From positions 2,040,001-2,072,000 of the forward strand of contig NZ_CP030918.1 of the NCBI RefSeq assembly GCF_003324675.1: a stretch of DNA of 32,000 nucleotides, written 5' to 3'. The translations under genes and the position numbers were made by a program. Under the pieces are notes generated by a model. The model had not been told where the DNA came from. It searched no databases and saw nothing but the letters and a program-made list of their open reading frames with translations. Origin of the DNA: Paracoccus suum. GTDB lineage: Bacteria > Pseudomonadota > Alphaproteobacteria > Rhodobacterales > Rhodobacteraceae. Positions 1-9,245 of the stretch are shown here, one piece after another (positions within the stretch are counted from its first letter, which is position 1; every line of letters starts with the position of its first letter).

Positions 1-256
1 CGTCGAGGAGGGGGGTTGGCGCGAGGTCTTTACCGCCCCCGCGCATCCCTACACCCGACGCCTGATCGAGACGATCCCGAACCCCGAGCGTCTAACAGGC
101 GGCGCCGGCACAGTCCTGCCTCCCGCGCCGCCGCCGCCGGCCGGAACCCGCTACTGGCCCAACGCCGAGCGACGGCCCGACGTGAACCAGCCGCCCGCGG
201 CGAGCACGCTGGTCAGCATCGGCGACGATCACCGGGTCCGCGTGCAAGCGCTTTAA
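1..256 (+). CDS. ABC transporter ATP-binding protein, C-terminal fragment (oligopeptide/dipeptide type). The gene starts upstream of the window.
   Basis: Reading codons from nt 2 gives ...WREVFTAPAHPYTRRLIETIPNPERL..., which contains the HPYT motif of the peptide-ABC C-terminal domain. The stop is TAA at 254-256. It is absent from the ORF track because there is no start in the window. The listed 16..339 ORF is an Arg-rich alternative frame. Confidence 0.7.
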   Translation, partial: VEEGGWREVFTAPAHPYTRRLIETIPNPERLTGGAGTVLPPAPPPPAGTRYWPNAERRPDVNQPPAASTLVSIGDDHRVRVQAL

Positions 257-269
257 CGGTCAGGAAAAT

Positions 270-282
270 CCCTTCGGAAGGG
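270..282 (+). terminator. Small stem-loop after the truncated ABC ATPase gene
   Basis: The sequence is CCCTT-CGG-AAGGG, 14 nt after the stop. The stem is short and there is no U-tract. Confidence 0.2.
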
Positions 283-349
283 CGCTCCCCCTCTGGCGTT
301 TGCCGGCGCGCTTGGCCAAGATCGCCGCGCATCAGATGAGGGGATCGCC

Positions 350-1639
350 ATGGACCTGCTTGCCCGCGCAACTGCCGTCGTTGGGGGCGTCATGGTGGCG
401 CTGCGCAAGTCCTCGGCCCCTCGGACGGCAGCCTTTGGCAGCGCGCCCGAGATTCCCGCGGCCCGCGATCAGGGAGCGTTGATGACGCTGAAAATGCCCG
501 TCGCCCATGGCTGGCGGGACGGCCGCCTGCCGGTTGCCGCACCGGGCCTTGCAGTAAACGCCTTCGTACGCGACCTCGACCACCCGCGCTGGGTCGAGGT
601 GCTGCCGAATGGCGATGTGCTGGTCGCCGAGGCCCTGCAAGAGCCCTCGTCGGCCCCCGAGGGGATCATCGACCGCGCGAGGCACGCCACCATGCGCCGC
701 GCCGGCGCCATCGGGCGCAGCGCCAACCGTATCACCCTTTGCCGTGATCCGAACGGTGATGGCGTCGCCGAAGACTGCCGCCCGTTCCTGGAAAACCAGC
801 GCCAGCCCTTTGGTATGGCCCTGGTGGGCGACACATTCTACGTCGGTAACACCGACGGCATCGTGGCCTTCGACTATCAGCCGGACGGGATCACCGGCGC
901 GGGCCAGCGCATCGTTGATTTCAAGCCCGGCGGCCACTGGACACGCAGCCTGCTGGCCTCGCCCGATGGCCGGCGGCTTTATTGCGGCGTCGGCTCGCAA
1001 AGCAACATTGGCGAGGATGGCATGGAGGCCGAGGAAGGCCGCGCGGCCATCTGGGAGGTCGACCTGGCCACAGGCGCCGCGCGCATTTTTGCCGGCGGCC
1101 TGCGCAACCCGGTCGGCCTGGCGTGGGAGCCGGGGTCCGGCAGCCTTTGGACCGTCGTGAACGAGCGTGACGGCCTCGGCGACGAGACCCCGCCCGACTA
1201 CCTGACCAGCGTGCGGGATGGCGGCTTTTACGGATGGCCCTACAGCTACTGGGGCGGCACCGTCGATGACCGCGTGCCCCAGGACCCGGCGCTCGTCGCG
1301 CAGGCAATCGCACCCGACTATGCGCTTGGCGGGCATACCGCCTCGCTGGGGCTTTGCTGGATGCCGGCAGGCACGCTGCCCGGCTTTCCCGAGGGCATGG
1401 TCATCGGCCAGCATGGCTCCTGGAATCGTTCGACCCTCAGCGGCTACAAGCTGATCTTCGTGCCCTTCGCCGATGGCCGCCCCAGCGGGCCGGCGCGCGA
1501 CATCCTGACCGGCTTTCTGTCCGAGGATGAAAAGCTGGCGTATGGCCGCCCGGTTGGGGTGACGATTGGCCCGGGCGGGCGCTCGCTGCTGATGGCGGAC
1601 GACGTCGGAAACGTTGTCTGGCGCGTCACGGGAGCCTGA
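350..1639 (+). CDS. PQQ-dependent sugar dehydrogenase (soluble glucose/L-sorbosone dehydrogenase family beta-propeller)
   Basis: A 429-aa ORF with family-typical blocks: NGDVLVAEA, PFGMALVGDTFYVGNTDGIV, LRNPVGLAWEPGSGSLWTVVNERDGLGD and GGFYGWPYSYWG. The N-terminus is hydrophobic (signal peptide or anchor). Third-position GC is high from ATG 350 onward. An alternative in-frame ATG lies at 482. Confidence 0.8.
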   Translation: MDLLARATAVVGGVMVALRKSSAPRTAAFGSAPEIPAARDQGALMTLKMPVAHGWRDGRLPVAAPGLAVNAFVRDLDHPRWVEVLPNGDVLVAEALQEPSSAPEGIIDRARHATMRRAGAIGRSANRITLCRDPNGDGVAEDCRPFLENQRQPFGMALVGDTFYVGNTDGIVAFDYQPDGITGAGQRIVDFKPGGHWTRSLLASPDGRRLYCGVGSQSNIGEDGMEAEEGRAAIWEVDLATGAARIFAGGLRNPVGLAWEPGSGSLWTVVNERDGLGDETPPDYLTSVRDGGFYGWPYSYWGGTVDDRVPQDPALVAQAIAPDYALGGHTASLGLCWMPAGTLPGFPEGMVIGQHGSWNRSTLSGYKLIFVPFADGRPSGPARDILTGFLSEDEKLAYGRPVGVTIGPGGRSLLMADDVGNVVWRVTGA

Positions 1640-1718
1640 GAACACTCCGGCAACAGGCTGATAAAATATAACTATCTGGGTTGACCCGACCAGGTAACGC
1701 TTCGGTGACCGATTTTTC

Positions 1719-2771
1719 TTGACCGAAGGGCAACTTGCAGAACAATCTGTTGAAACCACTTGCAGATTGGTTGAACCATTGGTTGGTAGCGACACTCCGC
1801 CCTTGCTCTCGGTCCGCGATCTCACGATCCGGTTTCGCAACCAGCCGTCAGTCGTGGACGGGCTCGACCTTGATGTCGCGGCAGGTGACACGCTCTGCAT
1901 CGTTGGCGAATCGGGTTGCGGCAAAAGCCTGACCGCGCTGGCGTTGATGGGCTTGCTGCCAAAATCTGCGAAGGTCTCGGGCCGGCGCGAAGTCGACGGG
2001 CAGGGTGCCGACTTCCGCGACGCGCACGCCATGGACGGCCTGCGCGGCGATCGCATCGCCATGATCTTTCAAGAGCCGATGACCTCGTTGAACCCCGCCT
2101 TCAGCGTCGGCAGCCAGATCGCCGAGGCGGTCCTGTGCCACCACGACGTCACTCGCACTGAGGCCGAGGCCCGCGCCGTCGCCATCATGGCCCGCGTCGG
2201 TATCAGCGATCCCCAGCGCCGCATGCGCCAGTATCCGCACGAGATGTCGGGCGGGATGCGCCAGCGGATCATGATCGCTATGGCCCTGGTGAACGAGCCG
2301 CGCCTGCTGATCGCGGACGAGCCGACCACCGCGCTGGACGTGACCATCCAGGCGCAGATCCTTGATCTGATCGCGCAGATGCAGGCCGATGCCCGGATGG
2401 GTCTGGTGCTGATCACCCATGACTTGGGGGTGGTGGCGCAGATCGCGACGCGTGTCGCGGTCATGTATGCCGGCCGCGTGGTGGAAAGCGGATCGGCGGC
2501 CGAGGTTTTTGCCGATCCGCAGCATCCCTATACGCTGGGGCTGCTCGGCTCGCTGCCCTCGCTCAGCGGGCCGCGGGGGCGGCTCGCGACCATTCCCGGG
2601 TCCGTTCCACCAGCCGAGGCGATGCCCCCCGGCTGCCGCTTTGCCAGCCGCTGCCCCTTTGCGGCGCCCATATGCGCCACGCGTCCGCCACTGCGCCAGG
2701 TGGGCGGGGCCGGCCACGATGTCGCCTGCCATTTCGCCCCGCTCGACCAGTATTTCAGGCCCGCGGCATGA
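1719..2771 (+). CDS. Peptide/nickel-type ABC transporter ATP-binding protein (DppD/OppD-like)
   Basis: Motifs seen: Walker A GESGCGKS, signature MSGGMRQR, Walker [14 protein letters not shown]-loop ITHDLGV, and a C-terminal HPYT...CRFASRCPF domain. There is no in-frame ATG or GTG ahead of the conserved core. Only TTG candidates exist (1719, 1767, 1779, 1803), so the true start is uncertain and may be 1779 or 1803. Confidence 0.85.
   Translation: MTEGQLAEQSVETTCRLVEPLVGSDTPPLLSVRDLTIRFRNQPSVVDGLDLDVAAGDTLCIVGESGCGKSLTALALMGLLPKSAKVSGRREVDGQGADFRDAHAMDGLRGDRIAMIFQEPMTSLNPAFSVGSQIAEAVLCHHDVTRTEAEARAVAIMARVGISDPQRRMRQYPHEMSGGMRQRIMIAMALVNEPRLLIADEPTTALDVTIQAQILDLIAQMQADARMGLVLITHDLGVVAQIATRVAVMYAGRVVESGSAAEVFADPQHPYTLGLLGSLPSLSGPRGRLATIPGSVPPAEAMPPGCRFASRCPFAAPICATRPPLRQVGGAGHDVACHFAPLDQYFRPAA
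1733..1777 (+). repeat. Tandem imperfect direct repeat ACTTGCAGA-(N7/N3)-GTTGAA(A)CC, a candidate operator
   Basis: Unit 1 is ACTTGCAGAACAATCTGTTGAAACC (1733-1757). Unit 2 is ACTTGCAGATTGGTTGAACC (1758-1777). Both lie in the low-GC stretch at the 5' end of the peptide ABC operon. Confidence 0.45.
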
Positions 2772-3895
2772 GCGCGCTGCTTCAGGCCCTCGATGTGCGC
2801 CGCCACTTTGCCATGGGCGGCTTGCTGAACCCGCAACCGCCGGTTCGTGCAGTGGATGGTGTCTCGCTGAGCGTTCAGCGCGGCGAGACCTTTGCCATCG
2901 TCGGAGAATCGGGCTGCGGCAAGTCCACGCTGGCGCGGGTGCTGGCTCGACTGACCGTTCCCACCTCCGGGACGGTCCAGTTCGACGGCACCGACATCGC
3001 CAGTCTCAAGGGGCTCGGGCTGCAGCAACTGCGCCGGCGGCTGCAGTTCATCTTTCAGGACCCCTTTTCGTCCCTGAACCCGCGTGCCAGCGTGGCGACG
3101 CTAATCGGCGAGCCGCTGGAGACGCACGCGCCCGGCCTTTCGCGCCAACAGCGGCGCGAGCAGGTGGCGCAGATGCTGAGCCGGGTCGGCCTGCGCCCCG
3201 AGCACATGCAACGCTACCCGCACGAGTTTTCCGGTGGGCAGCGGCAGCGCATCGGCATTGCCCGCGCCCTCGCCTCGGGCCCCGATCTAGTGATCGCGGA
3301 TGAGCCGGTCAGCGCGCTCGATGTCTCTGTCCAGGCGCAGGTCGTGAACCTGCTGGGTGAGTTGCGCGACGAATTGGGCCTGACCCTGGTCATCATCGCC
3401 CACGACCTGGCAGTGATCCGCCACATGAGCGACCGGGTCGCGGTGATGTATCTGGGCCGCGTCGTCGAGACCGGCCCGACCGACGCCCTGTTCGCAAGCC
3501 CGCGCCACCCCTACACCCGCGCCCTGCTGTCTGCGATCCCCGAGGCGGTGCCCGGTCAGCCGCGCCGGCACGAAGCCCTGCGTGGCGAGATTCCCAGCCC
3601 GGCGCGCCCGCCCTCCGGCTGCCGTTTCCACACCCGATGTCCATTTGTCCAAGACCTGTGCCGGACCAGCGAGCCGGCATTGACGCCCGACGCTGGTGGC
3701 CATGCCACCGCTTGCCATTTCTGGCCCGAAATCGCCGCTCGCCACCCGGCCCCCGGTTTTGTCCATGCCGGCGGTCGCGGCGCCACGGCTGAGGCGCGGC
3801 TGGCGCTTTATCGCCAGGCCGTCGACGGGCGCATCGTCCAACAGGCACCACCGCAGTCCCCTCAGCAGCAGCCCTCGCAAAGGAATCCCGCGTGA
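2768..3895 (+). CDS. Peptide/nickel-type ABC transporter ATP-binding protein (DppF/OppF-like) with a Q/P-rich C-terminal tail
   Basis: Motifs seen: Walker [10 protein letters not shown], signature FSGGQRQR, Walker [13 protein letters not shown], and HPYT...[12 protein letters not shown] 2768 overlaps the upstream stop (ATGA). The track ORF start at 2672 lies inside the previous gene. Confidence 0.88.
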   Translation: MSALLQALDVRRHFAMGGLLNPQPPVRAVDGVSLSVQRGETFAIVGESGCGKSTLARVLARLTVPTSGTVQFDGTDIASLKGLGLQQLRRRLQFIFQDPFSSLNPRASVATLIGEPLETHAPGLSRQQRREQVAQMLSRVGLRPEHMQRYPHEFSGGQRQRIGIARALASGPDLVIADEPVSALDVSVQAQVVNLLGELRDELGLTLVIIAHDLAVIRHMSDRVAVMYLGRVVETGPTDALFASPRHPYTRALLSAIPEAVPGQPRRHEALRGEIPSPARPPSGCRFHTRCPFVQDLCRTSEPALTPDAGGHATACHFWPEIAARHPAPGFVHAGGRGATAEARLALYRQAVDGRIVQQAPPQSPQQQPSQRNPA

Positions 3896-5403
3896 TGAAA
3901 AGGCATATCCCGACTCTCGCCGCCCTGATGCTGGCGGCCAGCACACTGGCCGTGTCGGCCGCCGAGCTGCGTATCGGTCTCGAAAGCGATCCCGACGCGC
4001 TCGACCCGGCGAAATCGCGCACCTTTGTCGGCCGGATCGTCTTTACGGCGATGTGCAACAAGCTGATCGACGTGAACGAAAAGCTCGAGTTCGTGCCGCA
4101 GCTCTCGACGGCGTGGAACCTGTCGGAGGACGGTCTGACCCTGTCCTTCACCCTGCGCGAGGGGGTCAAGTTCCACGACGGCACCCCCTTTGACGCCGAG
4201 GCGGTCAAGGCCAACATCGAGCGCGCCAAGACCCTCGAGGACAGCGTACGCAAGTCCGAACTGGCCTCGGTCGAGAGCGTCGAGGTGGTCTCGCCGACAG
4301 AGGTGCGAATGCACCTGACCGGCCCGGACGCGACGCTGCTCGCGCAGCTTTCGGACCGGGCGGGGATGATGCTCTCGCCCACTGCTTTCGCCAATGGCGC
4401 GGATGTCGGCGCGAACCCGGTCTGCTCGGGGCCGTTCAAGTTCGTCAGCCGCGTCAGCCAGGACAAGATCGTGCTGGAAAAATTCGCTGACTACTGGAAC
4501 GCCGACGCGATCAAGCTGGATCGGGTGGTCTTCCTGCCGATCCCCGACAGCACCGTGCGTCTCGCCAACCTGCAGTCGGGCGATCTGGACATGGTGAACC
4601 AGCTGGCGGCGACCGACATGGCGGCAGTTTCCGCCAGTGGCAACCTGCGGGTCGAGCAGGTCGTCGGACTGGGATACCAGGGCATCACCTTCAACACCGC
4701 CAACGGGCCCCGGGCTGACAACCCCGCCGGCAAGGATGCCCGCGTGCGCGAGGCGCTGAACCTGTCGATCGATCGTCAGGCGCTGAGCCAGGTGGTTTTC
4801 TCGGGCGCCATGCCGCCCGCTGGCCAACCGTTCCCGCCGGACAGCATCTATCACGATCCGGCCTTCCCGCCGCCGGCCCGCGACGTCGAGAAGGCCAAGG
4901 CGCTGCTCGCCGAGGCCGGCGTCAAGACTCCGGTGCGCATCGACGTGCAGACGCCGAACACGCCGGTGCAGATGCAGATGATGCAGGTCGTCCAGTCGAT
5001 GGCGGCCGAGGCCGGCTTTGACATTCAGATCACCGCCAAGGAGTTTGCGACCCTGATCGCCGACGCCGGCAAGGGCGATTTCGAGGCCAGTCAGCAGGGT
5101 TGGTCCGGTCGGGTCGACCCGGACGGCAACATCCACCAGTTCGTGACGACCGATGCCGGCTTCAACGACGGAAAATATTCCAACCCCGATGTCGACCGCC
5201 TGCTCAACGAGGCGCGCAAGGTGTCCGATGTCGAGACCCGGAAAGGGCTCTACAACGAGGCCCAGCAGATTCTCAGCCGCGATCTGCCCCTGATCTACCT
5301 TTACTACCTGCCGTGGCTCTATGGGGTTGACCAGGGCGTGCAGGGGTTCAAGCCCTATCCGGACGGCATGATCCGTCTCGAGAACGTCACCGACGCCGAC
5401 TGA
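3892..5403 (+). CDS. ABC transporter substrate-binding protein, family 5 (peptide/nickel/opine type)
   Basis: 503 aa with signal peptide [26 protein letters not shown]-5-like blocks include [14 protein letters not shown] and [19 protein letters not shown]. The start (GTG 3892 or ATG 3895) overlaps or abuts the upstream stop. Confidence 0.88.
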   Translation: MMKRHIPTLAALMLAASTLAVSAAELRIGLESDPDALDPAKSRTFVGRIVFTAMCNKLIDVNEKLEFVPQLSTAWNLSEDGLTLSFTLREGVKFHDGTPFDAEAVKANIERAKTLEDSVRKSELASVESVEVVSPTEVRMHLTGPDATLLAQLSDRAGMMLSPTAFANGADVGANPVCSGPFKFVSRVSQDKIVLEKFADYWNADAIKLDRVVFLPIPDSTVRLANLQSGDLDMVNQLAATDMAAVSASGNLRVEQVVGLGYQGITFNTANGPRADNPAGKDARVREALNLSIDRQALSQVVFSGAMPPAGQPFPPDSIYHDPAFPPPARDVEKAKALLAEAGVKTPVRIDVQTPNTPVQMQMMQVVQSMAAEAGFDIQITAKEFATLIADAGKGDFEASQQGWSGRVDPDGNIHQFVTTDAGFNDGKYSNPDVDRLLNEARKVSDVETRKGLYNEAQQILSRDLPLIYLYYLPWLYGVDQGVQGFKPYPDGMIRLENVTDAD

Positions 5404-5409
5404 ACGCGG

Positions 5410-5431
5410 GGGCGCGCGGTGACGCGCGCCC
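5410..5431 (+). other. Intercistronic GC stem-loop between the binding-protein and permease genes
   Basis: GGGCGCGCG-GTGA-CGCGCGCCC forms a perfect 9-bp stem with a GNRA-type loop. It is followed by TT and lies 7 nt after the binding-protein stop. Confidence 0.6.
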
Positions 5432-5470
5432 TTCACCGCTGCCCGCGACGCTCTGCCCGGAAGGGGTCCG

Positions 5471-6418
5471 ATGCTCAGCCTGTTTCTGCGCCGACTGCTG
5501 GTTGCGATCCCGACCGTGCTGCTGATCACGGTGCTGGTGTTCGCGCTGCAAAAGATGCTGCCGGGCGATCCGGTGCTGGCCCTTGCGGGCGAGGATCGCG
5601 ACCCTGCGACCATTGCCGCCATACGCGACCGGCTGGGGCTGAACGATCCGCTGCCGGTGCAGTATTTTCGATGGCTCGGCAACGCGGTCACCGGCGATCT
5701 GGGCGTATCGCTGCGCACCGGCGAGCCGGTCTCGAAGATCATCGCGCAAAAGCTGCCGGTGACGCTGCAACTGGGCACCATGGCGCTGCTCATCGCGCTG
5801 ATGATCGGCATTCCCGCCGGCATCCTTTCGGCGACGCGCAAGGGCACGGCGGTCGATTACGGCGCCAACCTGCTGGCGCTGGGGGGCATGTCGATCCCGA
5901 ACTTCTGGCTGGGGATCATGCTTATCATGCTGGTGTCGGTGCGATGGAAACTGCTGCCGGCCTCGGGTTATGTGCCGCTGTTCACGGATCCGCTACAAAG
6001 CCTCAAGACCATGATCATGCCGGCTTTCGTGCTGGGCACGGCGCTGGCGGCGACCCTGATGCGGCATACCCGCTCCGCGATGCTGGGGGTGTTGGGCAGC
6101 GACTACATCCGCACCGCGCGGGCCAAGGGGGTGCGCGAGCGCACCGTCATCCTCAAGCACGCCTTTCGCAACGCACTGACCCCGATCGTGACCCTGACTG
6201 CGCTTCTGTTTGGCGAGTTGATGGCGGGCGCGGTGCTGACCGAGCAGATCTTTACCATTCCCGGCTTCGGAAAGCTGGTGGTCGATGCGGTGTTCACCCG
6301 CGATTACTCGGTCGTGCAGGGGGTCGTGCTGGTCACCGCGGTCGGCTTCATCGCCATGAACCTGATCGCTGACCTCCTCTACATCCTGCTGAACCCGCGT
6401 CTGCGGAGGTCGACATGA
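5471..6418 (+). CDS. ABC transporter permease (DppB/OppB-like)
   Basis: A 315-aa multi-TM protein with the EAA-loop region YIRTARAKGVRERTVILKHAFRNAL. A GGAAGGGG Shine-Dalgarno sequence precedes ATG 5471. Confidence 0.88.
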   Translation: MLSLFLRRLLVAIPTVLLITVLVFALQKMLPGDPVLALAGEDRDPATIAAIRDRLGLNDPLPVQYFRWLGNAVTGDLGVSLRTGEPVSKIIAQKLPVTLQLGTMALLIALMIGIPAGILSATRKGTAVDYGANLLALGGMSIPNFWLGIMLIMLVSVRWKLLPASGYVPLFTDPLQSLKTMIMPAFVLGTALAATLMRHTRSAMLGVLGSDYIRTARAKGVRERTVILKHAFRNALTPIVTLTALLFGELMAGAVLTEQIFTIPGFGKLVVDAVFTRDYSVVQGVVLVTAVGFIAMNLIADLLYILLNPRLRRST

Positions 6419-7296
6419 CCGATATCGCCACCCCCGATCCCGCGATGGTGCTGGCGATGCCGGTCAGTCCGGCACGTCGCAGCTGGCGCAAGTTCCGCGG
6501 CAATCGCAGCGCCCTGTTCGGGGCGGCGATCATCGTGGTCTTTACACTCGCGGCCCTGCTGGCGCCGGTGCTGCCGATCCCGGCGCCCGCCGCGACTGAC
6601 TGGGCGGCGGTGCGCCACGCGCCCTCGGCCGAGCACTGGCTGGGCACGGACGAGATCGGCCGCGACCTGCTCTCCCGCCTGATCTGGGGCGCGCGCGCCT
6701 CGCTGGCGGCGGGCGTCATCTCGGTCGCCATCGCCATCGCGCTGGGCGTGCCCCTCGGCCTCGTTGCCGGCTATTTCGGCGGCTGGATCGACGCCATCGT
6801 CTCGCGCATGACCGAGGCTCTGCTGGCCGTGCCGTTCCTGATCCTGGCCATCGCGCTCGCGGCGTTCCTCGGGCCGAGCCTTACCAACGCGATGATTGCG
6901 ATCGGTATCTCCGCAATGCCGGTCTTTATCCGCCTGACCCGTGGCGAGGTCATCAACCTGCGGGCCGAGGATTATGTCGAAGGCGCCCACGCCATCGGCC
7001 TGCCGACGCGCAAGATCCTGGCGCGCTATATCCTGCCGAACGCCTTGCCGCCCATCCTGGTGCAGGCGACGCTCACCATCGCTACCGCCATCATCGCCGA
7101 GGCCTCGCTCTCGTTCCTCGGCCTCGGGCAGCAGCCGCCGGCGCCAAGCTGGGGCTCGATGCTGAACACCGCCAAGAACTTCATGACCCAGGCGCCATGG
7201 ATGGCGCTGTGGCCGGGGATCGCGATCTTCATGGTAGTCCTCGGCTTCAACCTGCTCGGTGACGGGCTGCGCGACGCGCTTGACCCGCGCGACTGA
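6415..7296 (+). CDS. ABC transporter permease (DppC/OppC-like)
   Basis: 293 aa with the N-terminal OppC motif HWLGTDEIGRDLLSRLIWGAR and the EAA loop EDYVEGAHAIGLPTRKILARYILPN. It shares an ATGA overlap with the upstream permease. Confidence 0.88.
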   Translation: MTDIATPDPAMVLAMPVSPARRSWRKFRGNRSALFGAAIIVVFTLAALLAPVLPIPAPAATDWAAVRHAPSAEHWLGTDEIGRDLLSRLIWGARASLAAGVISVAIAIALGVPLGLVAGYFGGWIDAIVSRMTEALLAVPFLILAIALAAFLGPSLTNAMIAIGISAMPVFIRLTRGEVINLRAEDYVEGAHAIGLPTRKILARYILPNALPPILVQATLTIATAIIAEASLSFLGLGQQPPAPSWGSMLNTAKNFMTQAPWMALWPGIAIFMVVLGFNLLGDGLRDALDPRD

Positions 7297-7314
7297 TCGA
7301 AAGAAGGACCCTCC

Positions 7315-9117
7315 ATGAGCGATTTCACCACCCGTCCCGAGATTCGCGGCACCTTTGGCGCGGTCACCTCGACCCACTGGATCGCCTCGGCCTCCGGCAT
7401 GGCCATGCTGGAGCGTGGCGGCAACGCGTTTGATGCCGCGGTGGCGACCGGCCTGGTGCTGCAGATCGTCGAGCCGCATTTGTGCGGGCCGGGCGGCGAT
7501 CTGCCGGTGATCTACAAGACCGCCGACGGCGAGCCGCAGGTGCTGTGCGCGCAGGGCACCGCACCCGCCGCGGCGACGGCCGAGGCCTTTGCCCCGCATA
7601 AGGTCATCCCCGGCTCGGGGCTGTTGGCGACCGTGGTGCCCGGCGCTTTCGATGGCTGGATGTCGCTGTTGGCCGAGCATGGCCGTCTGCCGCTGTCCGA
7701 GGTGATGGGTCCCGCGATCTTTTACGCCCGCGAGGGCCATCCGGTCCTGCCGCGCGTCGCCGCCACCATCGCCGGGCTGAAGGATTTCTTTGCCTCCGAC
7801 TGGCCAACCTCTGCGGAGGTCTGGTGCGCCGGCGGCAGCGGCCCCGCGGTCGGGGGCCTCCTTGCAAACCCCGCGCTTGCCGCGACCTATCAGCGGATCG
7901 TCGACGAGGCCGAGGCCGCCTCCGACGACCGCACCGCGCAGATCGAGGCGGCGCGCGCCATCTGGTCCGACGGTTTCGTGGCCGACGCGATCGGCGCGTT
8001 CACCAGCACGGCCGAGTTGTCCAACAATATCGGCGGCCGCGACCGGGCCCTGCTGTCCCGCGATGACCTGGCCGGCTGGCGCTGCCGCACCGAGGCGCCG
8101 CTGTCCATCGACTATCACGGCTGGCAGGTGTTCAAGACCGGACCTTGGGGGCAGGGCCCGGTGCTGCTGCAGGCCCTCGCGATCCTGCGCGGCATCGACC
8201 TGGCGGCCATGGACCCGATGGGTGAGGAGTTCGTCCACACGGTGATCGAGGCGATGAAACTGGCCTTCGCCGATCGCGAGGCCTTCTACGGCGATCCCGA
8301 TTTCGCCGACATTCCGATGGATGTGCTGCTGTCCGAGGAATATGCGAGTGCCCGCCGCGCGCTGATCACCGACGTCGCCTCGCGCGAGCAACGCCCGGGC
8401 CGCATCCCTGGGTACGAGCCACTGGCAGATGCGGCCATCGCCCGCGCGAGCGGCGATTTTGCCGCCGGTCCCAGCGTCGAGCCGACCATGGCCCACATGA
8501 CCGAACGGCGGGGCGACACCGTCCACCTCGACGTCATCGACCGCTGGGGCAACGTCGTCTCGGCCACGCCCTCGGGCGGCTGGCTGCAAAGCTCGCCTAT
8601 CGTGCCGGGCCTGGGGTTTGCCTTGAACAGCCGCGCGCAGATGTTCTGGCTCGAGCCGGGCTCGCCCTCGTCGCTGCAGCCGGGTGCGCGGCCGCGCACG
8701 ACGCTGACGCCTTCGCTCGCCACCAAGGACGGCCGCTGGCTGTCCTTTGGCACGCCCGGCGGCGACCAGCAGGACCAGTGGCAACTGATCTGGTTCCTGC
8801 GCTTTGTCCACCATGGCGACAGTGCCGGCAGCGCGCCCGAAACCGGCAACCTGCAGGCGCTGATGGACATGCCGCTGTTCCATTCGACCCACTTCCAGGG
8901 CAGCTTTTACCCACGCCGGGCCGAGCCCGCGAAAATGCTGATCGAGGAGACCATCGGCGAGGACGTGATCGCTGCCCTGCGCGCCCGCGGGCACGAGGTT
9001 GACGTTGCGCCCGCATGGTCCATCGGCCGCCTGACCGCCGCACTGCGCGAGCCGGACGGCGTGATCCGCGCCGCCGCCACCCCGCGCCTGATGCAGGCCT
9101 ACGCGGTCGGACGCTGA
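7315..9117 (+). CDS. Gamma-glutamyltransferase family Ntn-hydrolase with no recognisable signal peptide
   Basis: 600 aa. GGT-like blocks are AVTSTHWIASASGMAMLERGGNAFDAAVA, the candidate autoprocessing/nucleophile site RRGDTVHLDVIDRWGNVVSAT, and TPGGDQQDQ. The N-terminus MSDFTTRPEIRG is polar rather than signal-like. An AAGGA Shine-Dalgarno sequence sits upstream, and the gene starts 18 nt after the permease stop. Confidence 0.82.
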   Translation: MSDFTTRPEIRGTFGAVTSTHWIASASGMAMLERGGNAFDAAVATGLVLQIVEPHLCGPGGDLPVIYKTADGEPQVLCAQGTAPAAATAEAFAPHKVIPGSGLLATVVPGAFDGWMSLLAEHGRLPLSEVMGPAIFYAREGHPVLPRVAATIAGLKDFFASDWPTSAEVWCAGGSGPAVGGLLANPALAATYQRIVDEAEAASDDRTAQIEAARAIWSDGFVADAIGAFTSTAELSNNIGGRDRALLSRDDLAGWRCRTEAPLSIDYHGWQVFKTGPWGQGPVLLQALAILRGIDLAAMDPMGEEFVHTVIEAMKLAFADREAFYGDPDFADIPMDVLLSEEYASARRALITDVASREQRPGRIPGYEPLADAAIARASGDFAAGPSVEPTMAHMTERRGDTVHLDVIDRWGNVVSATPSGGWLQSSPIVPGLGFALNSRAQMFWLEPGSPSSLQPGARPRTTLTPSLATKDGRWLSFGTPGGDQQDQWQLIWFLRFVHHGDSAGSAPETGNLQALMDMPLFHSTHFQGSFYPRRAEPAKMLIEETIGEDVIAALRARGHEVDVAPAWSIGRLTAALREPDGVIRAAATPRLMQAYAVGR

Positions 9118-9245
9118 GCCATGACCCGTCCAGTCTGCGTCCCTGACCCCCTCTGCGGCGAGACCCGCGCTGCCGCTCGGGGCATCCGGACTCGCGCCCG
9201 GCCTTATACCCCACAGCGCTTGGGCCAGCTTCTGGCGGTGCCACG

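Noticed and set aside
16-339. A 107-aa plus-strand ORF at the window start.
   Set aside because: It is an Arg-rich nonsense-like translation. The neighbouring frame (codons from nt 2) gives a clean ABC-ATPase C-terminus with the HPYT motif and a stop at 254-256.
332-2062. A 576-aa minus-strand ORF. Similar very long antisense ORFs occur at 3862-5847, 6379-8994, 9204-10382, 18269-19333, 20073-21122, 21119-22600, 27340-28770 and 30707-31900.
   Set aside because: All lie antisense to genes with unambiguous family motifs. Their translations are Arg/Ala/Gly/Pro-rich low-complexity strings with no recognisable domains. Such shadow ORFs are expected in roughly 66% GC DNA, where stop codons are rare.
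3731-3895. A Q/P-rich tail of about 55 aa on the DppF-like ATPase. Also the N- and C-terminal extensions of the SitB-like ATPase (18335-18470 and 19170-19360).
   Set aside because: Low-complexity tails on peptide-ABC ATPases are common. From memory, the SitB tail ([15 protein letters not shown]) looks like a segment typical of the SitB/YfeB family. There is no evidence of an added domain.
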